Program-made: the position numbers and the translations under genes | Source of the DNA: Clostridiales bacterium | GTDB lineage: Bacteria; Bacillota; Clostridia; DUPQ01 | Length of the DNA: 64,000 nt | Assembly (NCBI GenBank): GCA_023145435.1 | Contig: JAGLDS010000004.1 | Coordinates: forward strand, 40,546 to 104,545 | Direction of reading: 5' to 3' | Shown: piece by piece, positions 11,461 through 21,250 of the stretch | How the letters are laid out: every line of letters begins with the position of its first letter | Position numbering within the stretch: position 1 is the first letter of the stretch | Notes under the pieces: generated by a model | Seen by the model: only the letters and a program-made list of their open reading frames with translations | Told to the model about the DNA's origin: nothing | Database searches by the model: none

Positions 11461-12448
11461 AGCTAACCCTCAATCGCTCTCTGATAATGTCGCTATCTAT
11501 ATCATTAGTTTTTCCAACTAAAATTATTCTAGCATTTTGTAATTCTGTTTCTTTTCCTAGCAAATATCCAATAACTGGTTCAATTCCAAATGCTTTTCGT
11601 TTATTTACTCGTAAAAATGCCATTAAAAAATCATCACATGTTTTTTCTAATGAAGTAATATTAAACGAATCATTAAATGATTTTTCAACAATATCACTAT
11701 ATATAGTCTTAGTTAGATATTCTGCAAAAACTACCATTTCATCTTGGAAAAATGTACCAAACTTTTTAAGTGGAATAGTTCCACCATCAAGTAATACTTT
11801 TGAAAGTAGTTCTAAATCTTCCATTTTACTTTTTATTCTAATATATGACTTAATGTTAGCTAAGTCTATTTGCATACTAAGTAATTTCATTATAAATGGC
11901 TGTTTACTTTCCCTACTCATAGTACTCATAACTGTATAACTTGCCTTATCCAAATAAACATCTATAATTTGAGGATTTTTGGTCTTATTATATCCTTCAA
12001 TGGATAATACCATAGCAGTTGCTAGTGGTTTTGGTAAATCTATAAAGTTTCTATCACGTAACATAACTTGCAAAGTCAATACATCATATATTCCATTAGC
12101 TAATAATAAGTGAGAACTATCTTTGCCTGACAATTCATCTTTTAGTAATACTTTTAAATTATGAGCATCATACCTAAGCATAAATAAATCAAAAATCGAC
12201 TTATCAGGAACAATCTCTCTAATATAGTCATATAAAGCTACAGATTCTAATTGCAATACTTTTTCATAGTCGCTTCCCTCTGGATAACCCGCTTCATAGA
12301 GTATTCGAAGACTATCATCAACAGTTGGTTGATCAATCATCCTCTCATATTTGCTTTTATCAAGCATATGGTTTTCTACAACACGTATACGACCTATGGC
12401 ATAAGCATATCTTAACTCACTACTACTAATTATCTTAGCTCCTCTCAA
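11453..12448 (-). CDS. atpC: A/V-type ATPase subunit C
   Basis: YAYAIGRIRVVE, YDAHNLK, C-terminal IRERLR; operon position. Confidence 0.92.
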   Translation of the reverse strand: MRGAKIISSSELRYAYAIGRIRVVENHMLDKSKYERMIDQPTVDDSLRILYEAGYPEGSDYEKVLQLESVALYDYIREIVPDKSIFDLFMLRYDAHNLKVLLKDELSGKDSSHLLLANGIYDVLTLQVMLRDRNFIDLPKPLATAMVLSIEGYNKTKNPQIIDVYLDKASYTVMSTMSRESKQPFIMKLLSMQIDLANIKSYIRIKSKMEDLELLSKVLLDGGTIPLKKFGTFFQDEMVVFAEYLTKTIYSDIVEKSFNDSFNITSLEKTCDDFLMAFLRVNKRKAFGIEPVIGYLLGKETELQNARIILVGKTNDIDSDIIRERLRVSYV

Positions 12449-13026
12449 AAAAGCAATTTAACTACTTCACCTTCAAGTTTTTCACGTTCAACACGTAAAA
12501 TTGCTTTATAGGTTAAGTTAGTTTGTATCTTGTCATTTCTAATCACTAAACCACCACATACATCAATGGTTTTTTCACATAACGAAACTTTCTTAGTTTT
12601 ATCAGTTGATAATTGCTTAACTAATTTAGATCCAATATCTTTTGTATCACTATCATTTAACATCAATTCATTATTACCAACAATTAAGCTACCTTTTGCA
12701 ACATTAGTTAAAAAATTAACTTTTTCATCAACTGATAATTCCATTAGATGCTCTAGTGTTTTATCAAATACTTCATTAATTAAATCAACTTTTGTTTGCA
12801 ACAAGTTTTTACGGCTTTCAAGCTTAGCTCCTGCTATAACTCGCTTATGCTCTTCTTGTGCTTTAACCTTTGCATGAGCTAATTCGCTTTCAAGTGTTCT
12901 TTTAAACCTTTTTTGTTGTTCTTTAAATTGTTTATCAATCTTTGTATTGACATACTTTAGCTCATTATCAGCCTGTTTATTCGCTTGTGAGATGATTTTT
13001 TCAATAATCAAATCAATTCCTGACAT
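12445..13026 (-). CDS. atpE: A/V-type ATPase subunit E
   Basis: MSGIDLIIEKI coiled coil, GGLVI motif; operon position. Confidence 0.88.
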   Translation of the reverse strand: MSGIDLIIEKIISQANKQADNELKYVNTKIDKQFKEQQKRFKRTLESELAHAKVKAQEEHKRVIAGAKLESRKNLLQTKVDLINEVFDKTLEHLMELSVDEKVNFLTNVAKGSLIVGNNELMLNDSDTKDIGSKLVKQLSTDKTKKVSLCEKTIDVCGGLVIRNDKIQTNLTYKAILRVEREKLEGEVVKLLF

Positions 13027-13031
13027 GAAAT

Positions 13032-13502
13032 TTATACCTTTCCAATCATTAAGATAGAAACTAAGATAGCGAAAATAGCAAACAACTCAACCATTAGGGT
13101 TAAGATAATTCCTTTAACCATATCTTGGCTTCTCTTGGCAACAATCCCAATAGCTGCAGCTGCCACTCTACCTTGATATATTCCAGAAAACATTCCAACA
13201 AATCCCATAGGTAATCCAGCTGCTAACAAGAATAAACCTTGACTTAAGTCTAGCCCACCTATTTTTGAGAAAATCATAAATGCTATAACGAATCCATAAA
13301 TTCCCTGTGTGCTAGGTAATGCTTCTAAAATCATAACAGGTACAAATTTATCTGAATCTTCTGCAACTACTCCACTTCCCGCTTCACCGGCAATGGATAC
13401 ACCTTTAGCAGATCCAATACCTGCAAACAAGAATGCAACAGCTGCTCCTAGAAAGGCAAATAAATCACCTAAATTATTACTAACAATAAAATCTCCAAAC
13501 AT
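13032..13502 (-). CDS. atpK: A/V-type ATPase rotor subunit K (c), four TM helices, Na+-type signature
   Basis: GIGSAKGV, LPSTQGIYG, YQGRVAA, MVELFAIF. Confidence 0.95.
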   Translation of the reverse strand: MFGDFIVSNNLGDLFAFLGAAVAFLFAGIGSAKGVSIAGEAGSGVVAEDSDKFVPVMILEALPSTQGIYGFVIAFMIFSKIGGLDLSQGLFLLAAGLPMGFVGMFSGIYQGRVAAAAIGIVAKRSQDMVKGIILTLMVELFAIFAILVSILMIGKV

Positions 13503-13516
13503 TGACCAAAATCCTC

Positions 13517-15493
13517 CTAATTTTTAATTTTTACGTATTTAGTCTGTCTCTTAAATGGGGCAAAGGGTTTGCCTCCCCCCTCATAAAACTTATTAAAAAA
13601 CTCTATATATTGCAATCTAGATGAATGTACATAAGCACCTAGTGCATTAAGAGCAAAGTTAAAACTGTGTCCAAATGCAAATATTAATATAAATGCAATA
13701 GTACCAATTATTGTCCATCCACCCATGGAACCCATATCATTTATAATAGTTGCAATTACTGATGTAGCTAATCCCATGGCTAATAACCTAGAATATGATA
13801 ACACATCGCTCATAAATGTAACTAAATCATATAGACTTGATAATCCACCAACTATTTTACCTACAACTCCTTTTTTGCTTCTACCTTGAGTTAAGAGTAA
13901 AGCAGCTGCGCCAATTATTAACAATGTACCACCATAAGGTGAGAAAATTGTTGCTACATCAGCAGGAACTCCTGGTACCATTGGCATTACAATAAATGTT
14001 GCTCCTAAGAAAAATACATACCAAGTTACAACATCAAATAGTATGGCTAAATATTTTTTTTGTTTAACAAGGTTTGCACCTCTCATACCAAGACCTACAA
14101 AAACATGAATAACACCAAATAGAAGTGACCACATTAATAAATACTCTGGATCTTTAACAGGGTCAAACCAAATAGAAATATCTATTGTTCCATCGCCTAA
14201 AAAGATTAGTGGAATAAAATTACCAAACCAACTACCAAATAAAGCACCCCAGAAAATGGTTGCTACACCACTTAACATCATTAACTTAATAAATTTCTTT
14301 GTAGTTTCTTCTAACGGAATTCTATAATAAAGTATTCCACAAGCAATAGCCATAACTAGGCCATAACCTGCATCAGATAACATTAATCCAAAGAACATAA
14401 TAAAAAATGGTGCCATAACAGTATTTGGGTCTACTTCTCTACATTTAGGTGTGGCATACATAGCTGTAATACCTTCTGTTGAATCACCAATAAATCCATT
14501 ACTTAATAATACAGGAAACTGCTCTTCATCTAATGGATCTCGCAAGCTTATATCTACTGTCCATTTTTCATGTAATTCTTTAGATAAAATTTCAGCTTTA
14601 TCTAAAGGTATCCAACCTTCTAACATAAATACTCGCTTGCTTTTAATTATTTCTTCATCTGCTAATTCCATTTGCCTTCTAATGGAATAATAATCAAATA
14701 CAACTTCAATATTATATAGTGATGTAGCAAATTGTTTTAATATATTTTCTTCGTCATCAATTACAGTTTGTAACTCTTTATTATCTTTATGTAAGTTATT
14801 AATATTATCTTCAATCATATCATTATATTTTGAAAAATTAATAACAGAAAATCCATTCCTCTTTAAGAATTGTAAAATATTTTTTTCATCTTCTCTATAC
14901 ATAATAGCTGTTACATAGTATTGATCTGAATCTGTATTAATAGTATAAAGTTCACATAGTAACTCTTGTTCATTAATATCATTAACTAATTCAGATAAAT
15001 CAGCAATAGCTGGAAATGTACCATGATATATATTTGTTTTTGCTGTAGTATTTGTATCAATTGGAATTTTAAGTAATGCCCAAGGTTTTAAATTATCTAT
15101 ATTATTATGATTTCTATTAATTGCATTTTTTTTACTAATAATTTCATCTTGTAACGACATAATTTTACGACATTTTGCTAACACATCATGTCTCTTAAAT
15201 ATAACTTGTCGATAATCGTGAATAGATAATTCTGTACGTACTGAAAATAATGGTTTCTTTCGATTATCGTAAGGTGCTATTATTTTAATAGCTCGTTCAC
15301 AAGAAGTGATTTTCCCAACAATATCATTTATCTCAGTATCATTAACATCTTTATCAAATAGATAATCATAAGATTCTTCTATTGCTAAATCATTAATTTC
15401 CACTAAGCCGATTTCCATCAATCGTGAAAGTATTCTATTTTTGTCATCAGCTAATCCAAGCAGTGACATTTTCTTCATAGGTACTACTGCCAC
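13517..15493 (-). CDS. atpI: A/V-type ATPase subunit I (a)
   Basis: FFGLMLSDAGYG, SDVLSYSRLLAMGLA, HSSRLQYIEFF. Confidence 0.96.
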   Translation of the reverse strand: MAVVPMKKMSLLGLADDKNRILSRLMEIGLVEINDLAIEESYDYLFDKDVNDTEINDIVGKITSCERAIKIIAPYDNRKKPLFSVRTELSIHDYRQVIFKRHDVLAKCRKIMSLQDEIISKKNAINRNHNNIDNLKPWALLKIPIDTNTTAKTNIYHGTFPAIADLSELVNDINEQELLCELYTINTDSDQYYVTAIMYREDEKNILQFLKRNGFSVINFSKYNDMIEDNINNLHKDNKELQTVIDDEENILKQFATSLYNIEVVFDYYSIRRQMELADEEIIKSKRVFMLEGWIPLDKAEILSKELHEKWTVDISLRDPLDEEQFPVLLSNGFIGDSTEGITAMYATPKCREVDPNTVMAPFFIMFFGLMLSDAGYGLVMAIACGILYYRIPLEETTKKFIKLMMLSGVATIFWGALFGSWFGNFIPLIFLGDGTIDISIWFDPVKDPEYLLMWSLLFGVIHVFVGLGMRGANLVKQKKYLAILFDVVTWYVFFLGATFIVMPMVPGVPADVATIFSPYGGTLLIIGAAALLLTQGRSKKGVVGKIVGGLSSLYDLVTFMSDVLSYSRLLAMGLATSVIATIINDMGSMGGWTIIGTIAFILIFAFGHSFNFALNALGAYVHSSRLQYIEFFNKFYEGGGKPFAPFKRQTKYVKIKN

Positions 15494-15807
15494 TTACTAA
15501 CTCCAATCTTTTTAATGACTAGTTTAATAGCTTTTTTCATTTTTTCTTGGGAATCTTCAAATAACTTGTCACAAATTTGTTTATTGCTATCTAAAATTGC
15601 CTTCGCTTCTTTATTTGCAATGGTTATTTTAGCTTGAATAATTTTATTTGATTGTTTTTCTAAATCTAGTTCAAATTGTTCTTTATTAATAGCTAGTTCT
15701 TTTATTGATTTTTCTTCTAATTTTTCGGCTTGTTTTGAAGCTTTATTTATTACAGCATCTGCTTGGTTTTCAGCCTTTTGTATTTTATTAAGTGTATTTT
15801 TATCCAT
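15484..15807 (-). CDS. A/V-type ATPase peripheral-stalk subunit H/G
   Basis: 107-aa charged coiled coil, first gene of the operon, overlapping subunit I. Confidence 0.8.
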   Translation of the reverse strand: MDKNTLNKIQKAENQADAVINKASKQAEKLEEKSIKELAINKEQFELDLEKQSNKIIQAKITIANKEAKAILDSNKQICDKLFEDSQEKMKKAIKLVIKKIGVSKWQ

Positions 15808-15848
15808 TTAATTACCACCATTTATCACGTATTAGCATACTCTAATAT

Positions 15849-15877
15849 ATTCTATTATAAATTACTCCCAATTTCAA
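15849..15877 (-). promoter_or_regulatory. Sigma-A-type promoter of the ATPase operon
   Basis: Minus strand TTGAAA-17 nt-TAGAAT about 40 nt upstream of the first gene. Confidence 0.6.
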
Positions 15878-16022
15878 TAAAATTTTTTCTTGTTTGTCCT
15901 TTAATTAGCGATATTATTATGGTATAACTTTTCCCTTGTTTTGCAGTAACAACTTAATAACAAAATTACAAATCACCTGTGTTATCGTGGCCACTTTAAA
16001 AGTGAAATTATTTATCATATTT

Positions 16023-16694
16023 TTATGTGCTTATTTTCCTTAAAGTACATAATCTTTTATCATCAGTATAAATGATTGAAAACCCAACTAATTTAGCAAT
16101 AGTCTTCAATGTTTTTAATGTATAAAATGAAATATGAGTTTCATCTCGTCTATACCACCATTTTAAAAAGGACTGTTCATTGTTATTATGAAACAATGTC
16201 ATAACTGCTAAAATCCCATCTTCATTTAAAATTTCATAAAACATCTTAAAAATTTCTATTGGGTTTTTCAGATGTTCAATTACTTCAGTTGTAAAAATGA
16301 CATTATACTTTGTATTTTCATATATTTTATCTGGTTGATAATGCAAGTCATAGTGGTCAACATCAAACTTATAATCTCTTATAATTAACTGTGACAAGAC
16401 TGGTTCAGGTCCACTACCAAAATCCAATGCTTTCCCCTCTTTTTTAAAGGGTATTACTGAGTTTTCTAAAAAATTACGAAACATAGTAACATACCCTTCA
16501 CATTCAAGTGAATTATTATGCAAATCATATATTCTTCGTTCTTCATTAAATGATACTTGTTTTTTTTCATCCATAGTAATAAATTCACAATGACTACAGT
16601 GATAATAGACTATATCAAATTGTTTATCATAAATAGCTTGTGTTCTACTATTACATATTTTACATATCATATTTAATTGTTTGCTCTGTTTCAA
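16023..16694 (-). CDS. Class I SAM-dependent methyltransferase with N-terminal Zn ribbon
   Basis: CKIC...CSHC; LDFGSGP motif I; EVIEH; WWYRRDETHISFY. Alternative ATG at 16670. Confidence 0.85.
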   Translation of the reverse strand: MKQSKQLNMICKICNSRTQAIYDKQFDIVYYHCSHCEFITMDEKKQVSFNEERRIYDLHNNSLECEGYVTMFRNFLENSVIPFKKEGKALDFGSGPEPVLSQLIIRDYKFDVDHYDLHYQPDKIYENTKYNVIFTTEVIEHLKNPIEIFKMFYEILNEDGILAVMTLFHNNNEQSFLKWWYRRDETHISFYTLKTLKTIAKLVGFSIIYTDDKRLCTLRKIST

Positions 16695-16979
16695 TTTTAT
16701 TTTCCACTCTTTCGTATATAAAAAGTAGTATCAATCATATCATAAGCAGCTACTTGATTGTTGATAATATTAGCTAAAACATTACTATAATTCCCTGTGA
16801 ATATGTTTTAGAATTTGCCAGAATTTTATCAAATTTGTAGTAATATTATCAACTAAGTATACTTTAAATGGATCTAAGAAGTTATTTGCAATTATGGTTT
16901 ATTTACAATATGTAGAAGTTTATAAGTATTTTTTTATTAATTATGCTAAACTATATGTAGATTACTTAAGGAATATATT

Positions 16980-17318
16980 ATGTTACAACCTATTAATTTT
17001 GTTTTTTTCTTTTTACCACTGGCTTTTATAACGGGCCTTTATTTGTTGATTGTAAATTTAAATAAAGTCAAACAACCATTTGGGTATCAAGTGGAAGAAC
17101 CATTAGATAATGAAACTTTCGTTTCGCTTAGAAGTATATATTACAAAAAAGTACTCTATGTGTCACTTCCCGTAACTGTTTTGATTCCTATTATCTCGAT
17201 TTTTATAAAATCTTTTCCTATCGGTGCTATGTTACTAACAGTTTGTATCCTTGGGATTACAATTACTAACTTCATATTTTATTTAGCTGGTTATAACAAA
17301 ATAAAAGGAATGCAATAG
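16980..17318 (+). CDS. Small hypothetical membrane protein (3 TM)
   Basis: 112-aa ORF with AAGGA RBS and hydrophobic helices. Confidence 0.6.
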   Translation: MLQPINFVFFFLPLAFITGLYLLIVNLNKVKQPFGYQVEEPLDNETFVSLRSIYYKKVLYVSLPVTVLIPIISIFIKSFPIGAMLLTVCILGITITNFIFYLAGYNKIKGMQ

Positions 17319-17354
17319 TACCATTATTACTTATTTTATATATAAAACTTTTTC

Positions 17355-17382
17355 TTGCAATTCATGTTTTGTTGTGTATAAT
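17355..17382 (+). promoter_or_regulatory. Putative sigma-A promoter for glutamine synthetase
   Basis: TTGCAA-16 nt-TATAAT just upstream of the ANTAR leader. Confidence 0.5.
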
Positions 17383-17401
17383 ATTACTATAATTCAAATA
17401 A

Positions 17402-17465
17402 AAGCAATGGCGCTTGATTAATAATAAAAGGACAATGGTGTTCACAATTTGTGGACACCTTTTTT
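17402..17465 (+). promoter_or_regulatory. ANTAR-binding twin-hairpin RNA overlapping an intrinsic terminator (attenuator)
   Basis: AAGC-AATGGC-GCTT and GGAC-AATGGT-GTTC hexaloop hairpins; the second overlaps terminator GGTGTTCAC-aattt-GTGGACACC-TTTTTT. Confidence 0.85.
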
Positions 17466-17490
17466 ATAAAATAATATAAAGGGGCGAAAA

Positions 17491-19584
17491 ATGAGTAAAT
17501 TAACAGATGTTTTTGGAGAAAATGTATTCAATGAAGCAACCATGAGAGAGAGACTTCCTAATGAAACCTATAAGGCATTAAAGGAATCTTTATTTAATGG
17601 TACTTGTTTAGATATTTCAATTGCTGAGATTGTTGCAGGAGCCATGAAAGATTGGGCCCTTGAAAAAGGTGCCACCCACTTTGCCCATTGGTTCCAACCA
17701 ATGACAGGTATTACAGCAGAAAAACATGATTCTTTCATATCTCCTACAGATGATGGAAAAGTTATTCTAGAATTTTCTGGAAAAGAATTAATAAAAGGCG
17801 AACCTGATGCTTCATCATTTCCAAATGGTGGATTAAGAGCTACATTTGAAGCTAGAGGTTACACTGCGTGGGATTGCACATCTCCAGCTTTTGTTAAAGA
17901 TGAAATTTTATGTATTCCTACTGCATTTTGTTCATATAATGGCGAAGCCTTAGATAAAAAGACACCTCTATTACGCTCAATGGAAGTTATTTCCCAACAG
18001 TCAATGAGAGTGCTAAAAACTTTTGGTAATACAAGCTCAAGTAAAGTTATTACTGCTGTTGGTCCTGAACAAGAGTATTTTTTAATAGATAAAAAGTTAC
18101 ATGATAAGCGATTAGATCTTATGTTAACTGGTAGAACCTTATTTGGTGCAATGCCTCCTAAGGGACAAGAATTAGATGATCATTATTTTGGATCACTAAA
18201 AGAACGCGTGTCTTCTTTTATGAAAGAATTAAATATTGAATTATGGAAATTAGGAATATCAGCTAAAACACAACATAACGAGGTAGCTCCTGCACAACAT
18301 GAATTAGCTCCAATTTATTCAACAACAAATATCGCAACAGATCATAACCAACTTATTATGGAAATGATGAAAAAAGTTGCATTACGTCATGACTTAGTAT
18401 GTTTATTACATGAAAAGCCTTTTAAAGGTGTAAATGGTTCTGGTAAACATAATAACTGGTCACTTGGAACTGATGATGGTATTAATTTACTAAATCCTGG
18501 AAAAACTCCTCATGAAAATGCTCAGTTTTTAATTTTCCTTGTTGCAACTATACAAGCTGTTGATGAATATTCAGAATTATTAAGATTAACAGCAGCAGTT
18601 CCTGGTAATGATCATCGTTTAGGTGCTAATGAAGCACCTCCTGCAATCATTTCTATATTCTTAGGTGAACAATTAACAAATATATTAACAGCTATAGAAA
18701 ATGACCAACCTTTAAAAAGCGGTAATAAAAAACCTATGACAATTGGTGTTACAGTGTTACCTCCATTACCTAAAGATTCAACTGACAGAAATAGAACATC
18801 ACCATTTGCATTTACTGGTAATAAATTTGAATTTAGAATGCCTCCATCCTCTGGTTCAATAGCAGGACCAAATTTTATTCTTAACACAGTTGTTGCTGAT
18901 ACTTTATCAAAAATAGCTGATAAATTAGAAAAAACTGATGATTTTGATAACGAAATACAATTAATAATAAAAGATATAATGAAAAATCACAAAAAAATTA
19001 TATTTGATGGTAATAATTACTCTGATGAATGGGTAGAAGAAGCAAATAAAAGAGGATTATCAAATATTAAGAACATGGTTGATTCAGTAAAAACATTTAT
19101 TGATGATAAAAATGTAAATGTGTTAGAAAAATTTGGTGTTCTATCACCAAAAGAAGTTCATGCTCGTTATGAGATTCTTTTAGAGTCATATTCAAAAACA
19201 ATTAATATTGAAGGTTTAACAGCACTAAGTATGGCTAAAACAGAAATTTTACCAGCAACTATTAAATTCGCTACTACACTAGCACAGTCAATTACAACTA
19301 TTAAGTCAACTGGTATGTCAGTTGATACTTATGCTCAAGAAACACTATTAACAAAAGTTTCTACTCTTAATGGACAATTATGTAAAGCAATTACTCTTTT
19401 AGAAGATAACATAGTAATTGCTCAAAATAGTGAAGATGACTATTTAAAACAAGCTGAATTAAATAGAGATGAAGTATTTACTGCAATGGATAAAGTAAGA
19501 AGTTATGCAGATCAATTAGAATCTCTTTGTGATTCTAAAGTATGGCCTTTCCCAACTTATACTGATTTACTATTTAGAGTGTAA
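17491..19584 (+). CDS. glnA: Glutamine synthetase type III
   Basis: 697 aa; [57 protein letters not shown]. Confidence 0.97.
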   Translation: MSKLTDVFGENVFNEATMRERLPNETYKALKESLFNGTCLDISIAEIVAGAMKDWALEKGATHFAHWFQPMTGITAEKHDSFISPTDDGKVILEFSGKELIKGEPDASSFPNGGLRATFEARGYTAWDCTSPAFVKDEILCIPTAFCSYNGEALDKKTPLLRSMEVISQQSMRVLKTFGNTSSSKVITAVGPEQEYFLIDKKLHDKRLDLMLTGRTLFGAMPPKGQELDDHYFGSLKERVSSFMKELNIELWKLGISAKTQHNEVAPAQHELAPIYSTTNIATDHNQLIMEMMKKVALRHDLVCLLHEKPFKGVNGSGKHNNWSLGTDDGINLLNPGKTPHENAQFLIFLVATIQAVDEYSELLRLTAAVPGNDHRLGANEAPPAIISIFLGEQLTNILTAIENDQPLKSGNKKPMTIGVTVLPPLPKDSTDRNRTSPFAFTGNKFEFRMPPSSGSIAGPNFILNTVVADTLSKIADKLEKTDDFDNEIQLIIKDIMKNHKKIIFDGNNYSDEWVEEANKRGLSNIKNMVDSVKTFIDDKNVNVLEKFGVLSPKEVHARYEILLESYSKTINIEGLTALSMAKTEILPATIKFATTLAQSITTIKSTGMSVDTYAQETLLTKVSTLNGQLCKAITLLEDNIVIAQNSEDDYLKQAELNRDEVFTAMDKVRSYADQLESLCDSKVWPFPTYTDLLFRV

Positions 19585-19609
19585 TAACGCATTTAAGAAT
19601 TTACTAATA

Positions 19610-19642
19610 AAACAACCTGGCTTTAATAAAGTCAGGTTGTTT
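19610..19642. terminator. Bidirectional intrinsic terminator after glnA
   Basis: AAACAACCTGGCTTT-aat-AAAGTCAGGTTGTTT followed by CTTTT. Confidence 0.8.
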
Positions 19643-19650
19643 CTTTTATA

Positions 19651-19864
19651 TCAAATACTAATTTTTTCAGTATCTATATCACCTATACGAACTCCAATTC
19701 TTATTTTATGTGAGTATAATTCCATTTTAATATAATCTAATATTTCTAATAAATTATTTGTTGTTTTTGATATCATTTAAAACTTTTTTTACTCTTTTTT
19801 GAAAATCATTTCTATTTTCAATTTTTTTGATTCAACTAAATCACACACTATTGCATTTATACAT
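19651..19864 (-). pseudogene. SatD-family gene remnant
   Basis: Translation across frameshifts gives MY-NAIVCDLVESKK-IENRNDFQKRVKKVLNDI...NLLEILDYIKMELYSHKIRIGVRIGDIDTE, matching the SatD N-terminus with an internal deletion. Confidence 0.6.
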
Positions 19865-19967
19865 ATAATATTTTACATGGATGTATTTAACTTTAAATAT
19901 ATTTTCATTGCAGTGACAGTAGATAGATTTTAAGTTTGCTTTATTTTTAAAATAATTTATTTGTAGT

Positions 19968-20501
19968 TTAATTAGATAATCCCATCTTCAAAGCTTCCAT
20001 TTCAATTGGAATTAAATAATGTTTTTTCTCCGGTAGTACATCATAAAGTGCTTTTTCTATACTTTCAGGTCTTAATATTTTTGTTATTTGTAACAATTTA
20101 CCAATGATAAATATATTTGCAAAAGCTTTATTTCCTAGTTCAATTGCTTTTGTGGTGGCGTCAATACCATATACTTTTCTTTTTGTTTCGCTTATTTTCT
20201 CACTTGAAACCATTGAGGTATCACATAATATAAATCCATCATCACGAACAAAGGTTTCGAATTTATCAAATGATGGTAAATTCATACAAATAGCAATATC
20301 TGCAAAGTTTAATATGGGAGAACCAACTTCTTCATCTGAAATAATGACATGGCAATTAGCTGTTCCACCTCTCATTTCAGGACCATATGAGGGTAACCAA
20401 GATACATGTTTTCCTTCTAGCATTCCTGCATAAACCAATAATCTACCAGCTGATAGCACTCCTTGACCACCAAATCCGGCAATAATAATTTCATATTGCA
20501 T
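19968..20501 (-). CDS. 2-oxoacid:ferredoxin oxidoreductase gamma subunit
   Basis: IIIAGFGGQGV, WLPSYGPEMRGGTANC; likely start MQYEII (ATG 20501). Confidence 0.93.
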   Translation of the reverse strand: MQYEIIIAGFGGQGVLSAGRLLVYAGMLEGKHVSWLPSYGPEMRGGTANCHVIISDEEVGSPILNFADIAICMNLPSFDKFETFVRDDGFILCDTSMVSSEKISETKRKVYGIDATTKAIELGNKAFANIFIIGKLLQITKILRPESIEKALYDVLPEKKHYLIPIEMEALKMGLSN

Positions 20502-20503
20502 GA

Positions 20504-21250
20504 TTACACCTTTATATCCTTCCCCTTTAAGTTTCCAATTCCATAATAAGGTATCATGTGATCTTTTATCCACTCTTGTGATTCTAATGGTGTTAATCCC
20601 CAGTTAGTTGGACAAGTTGATAATACTTCTACTAAAGAAAATCCTAAACCAGCTTGTTGAACCATAAAAGCTTTTTTAATAGCTTTTTTAGCTTTTATAA
20701 TATGTTTAACATCGTGGGTACTTACTCTCTCTACAAAAGCTGTTCCTTCTTGTAGTGCTAACATTTCACTTATTCTAATAGGAAATCCATGATAATCTGT
20801 GTTTCGTCCTACAGGAGTTGTTTTAGTTATTTGTTCAGGTAGTGTTGTTGGGGCCATTTGCCCTGACGTCATACCATAAATTGCATTGTTAATAAATATT
20901 GTAGTTAATCTTTCTCCACGTGCTGCAACATGTATTATTTCAGCAGTACCAATTGCTGCTAAATCTCCATCCCCTTGATAGGTAAATACTACATTATTTG
21001 GTAGCACTCTTTTTACACCAGTAGCAACAGCAGGTGCTCGACCATGAGCTGCTTGTATAACGTCAAAATTAAAATATTCATAATTATTATATGAACAACC
21101 AACTGATGCAATGCCAATTACACTTTTTTGAATATTTAATTCATCTATTACTTCACCAATTATTCTATGAACTATTCCATGAGAACAGCCAGGACAGTAA
21201 TGCCATACTTTATCTTGTATACTTTTTGGATGTAATCGCTCTTTTGCCAT
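20504..21250 (-). CDS. 2-oxoacid:ferredoxin oxidoreductase beta (TPP-binding) subunit
   Basis: YCPGCSHG, HGRAPAVATG, YQGDGDLAAIG...NNAIYGMT, CPTNW. Confidence 0.93.
   Translation of the reverse strand: MAKERLHPKSIQDKVWHYCPGCSHGIVHRIIGEVIDELNIQKSVIGIASVGCSYNNYEYFNFDVIQAAHGRAPAVATGVKRVLPNNVVFTYQGDGDLAAIGTAEIIHVAARGERLTTIFINNAIYGMTSGQMAPTTLPEQITKTTPVGRNTDYHGFPIRISEMLALQEGTAFVERVSTHDVKHIIKAKKAIKKAFMVQQAGLGFSLVEVLSTCPTNWGLTPLESQEWIKDHMIPYYGIGNLKGKDIKV

Noticed and set aside
19529..19735. 68-aa ORF overlapping the glnA end
   Set aside because: It crosses the terminator hairpin and lies antisense to the SatD relic.
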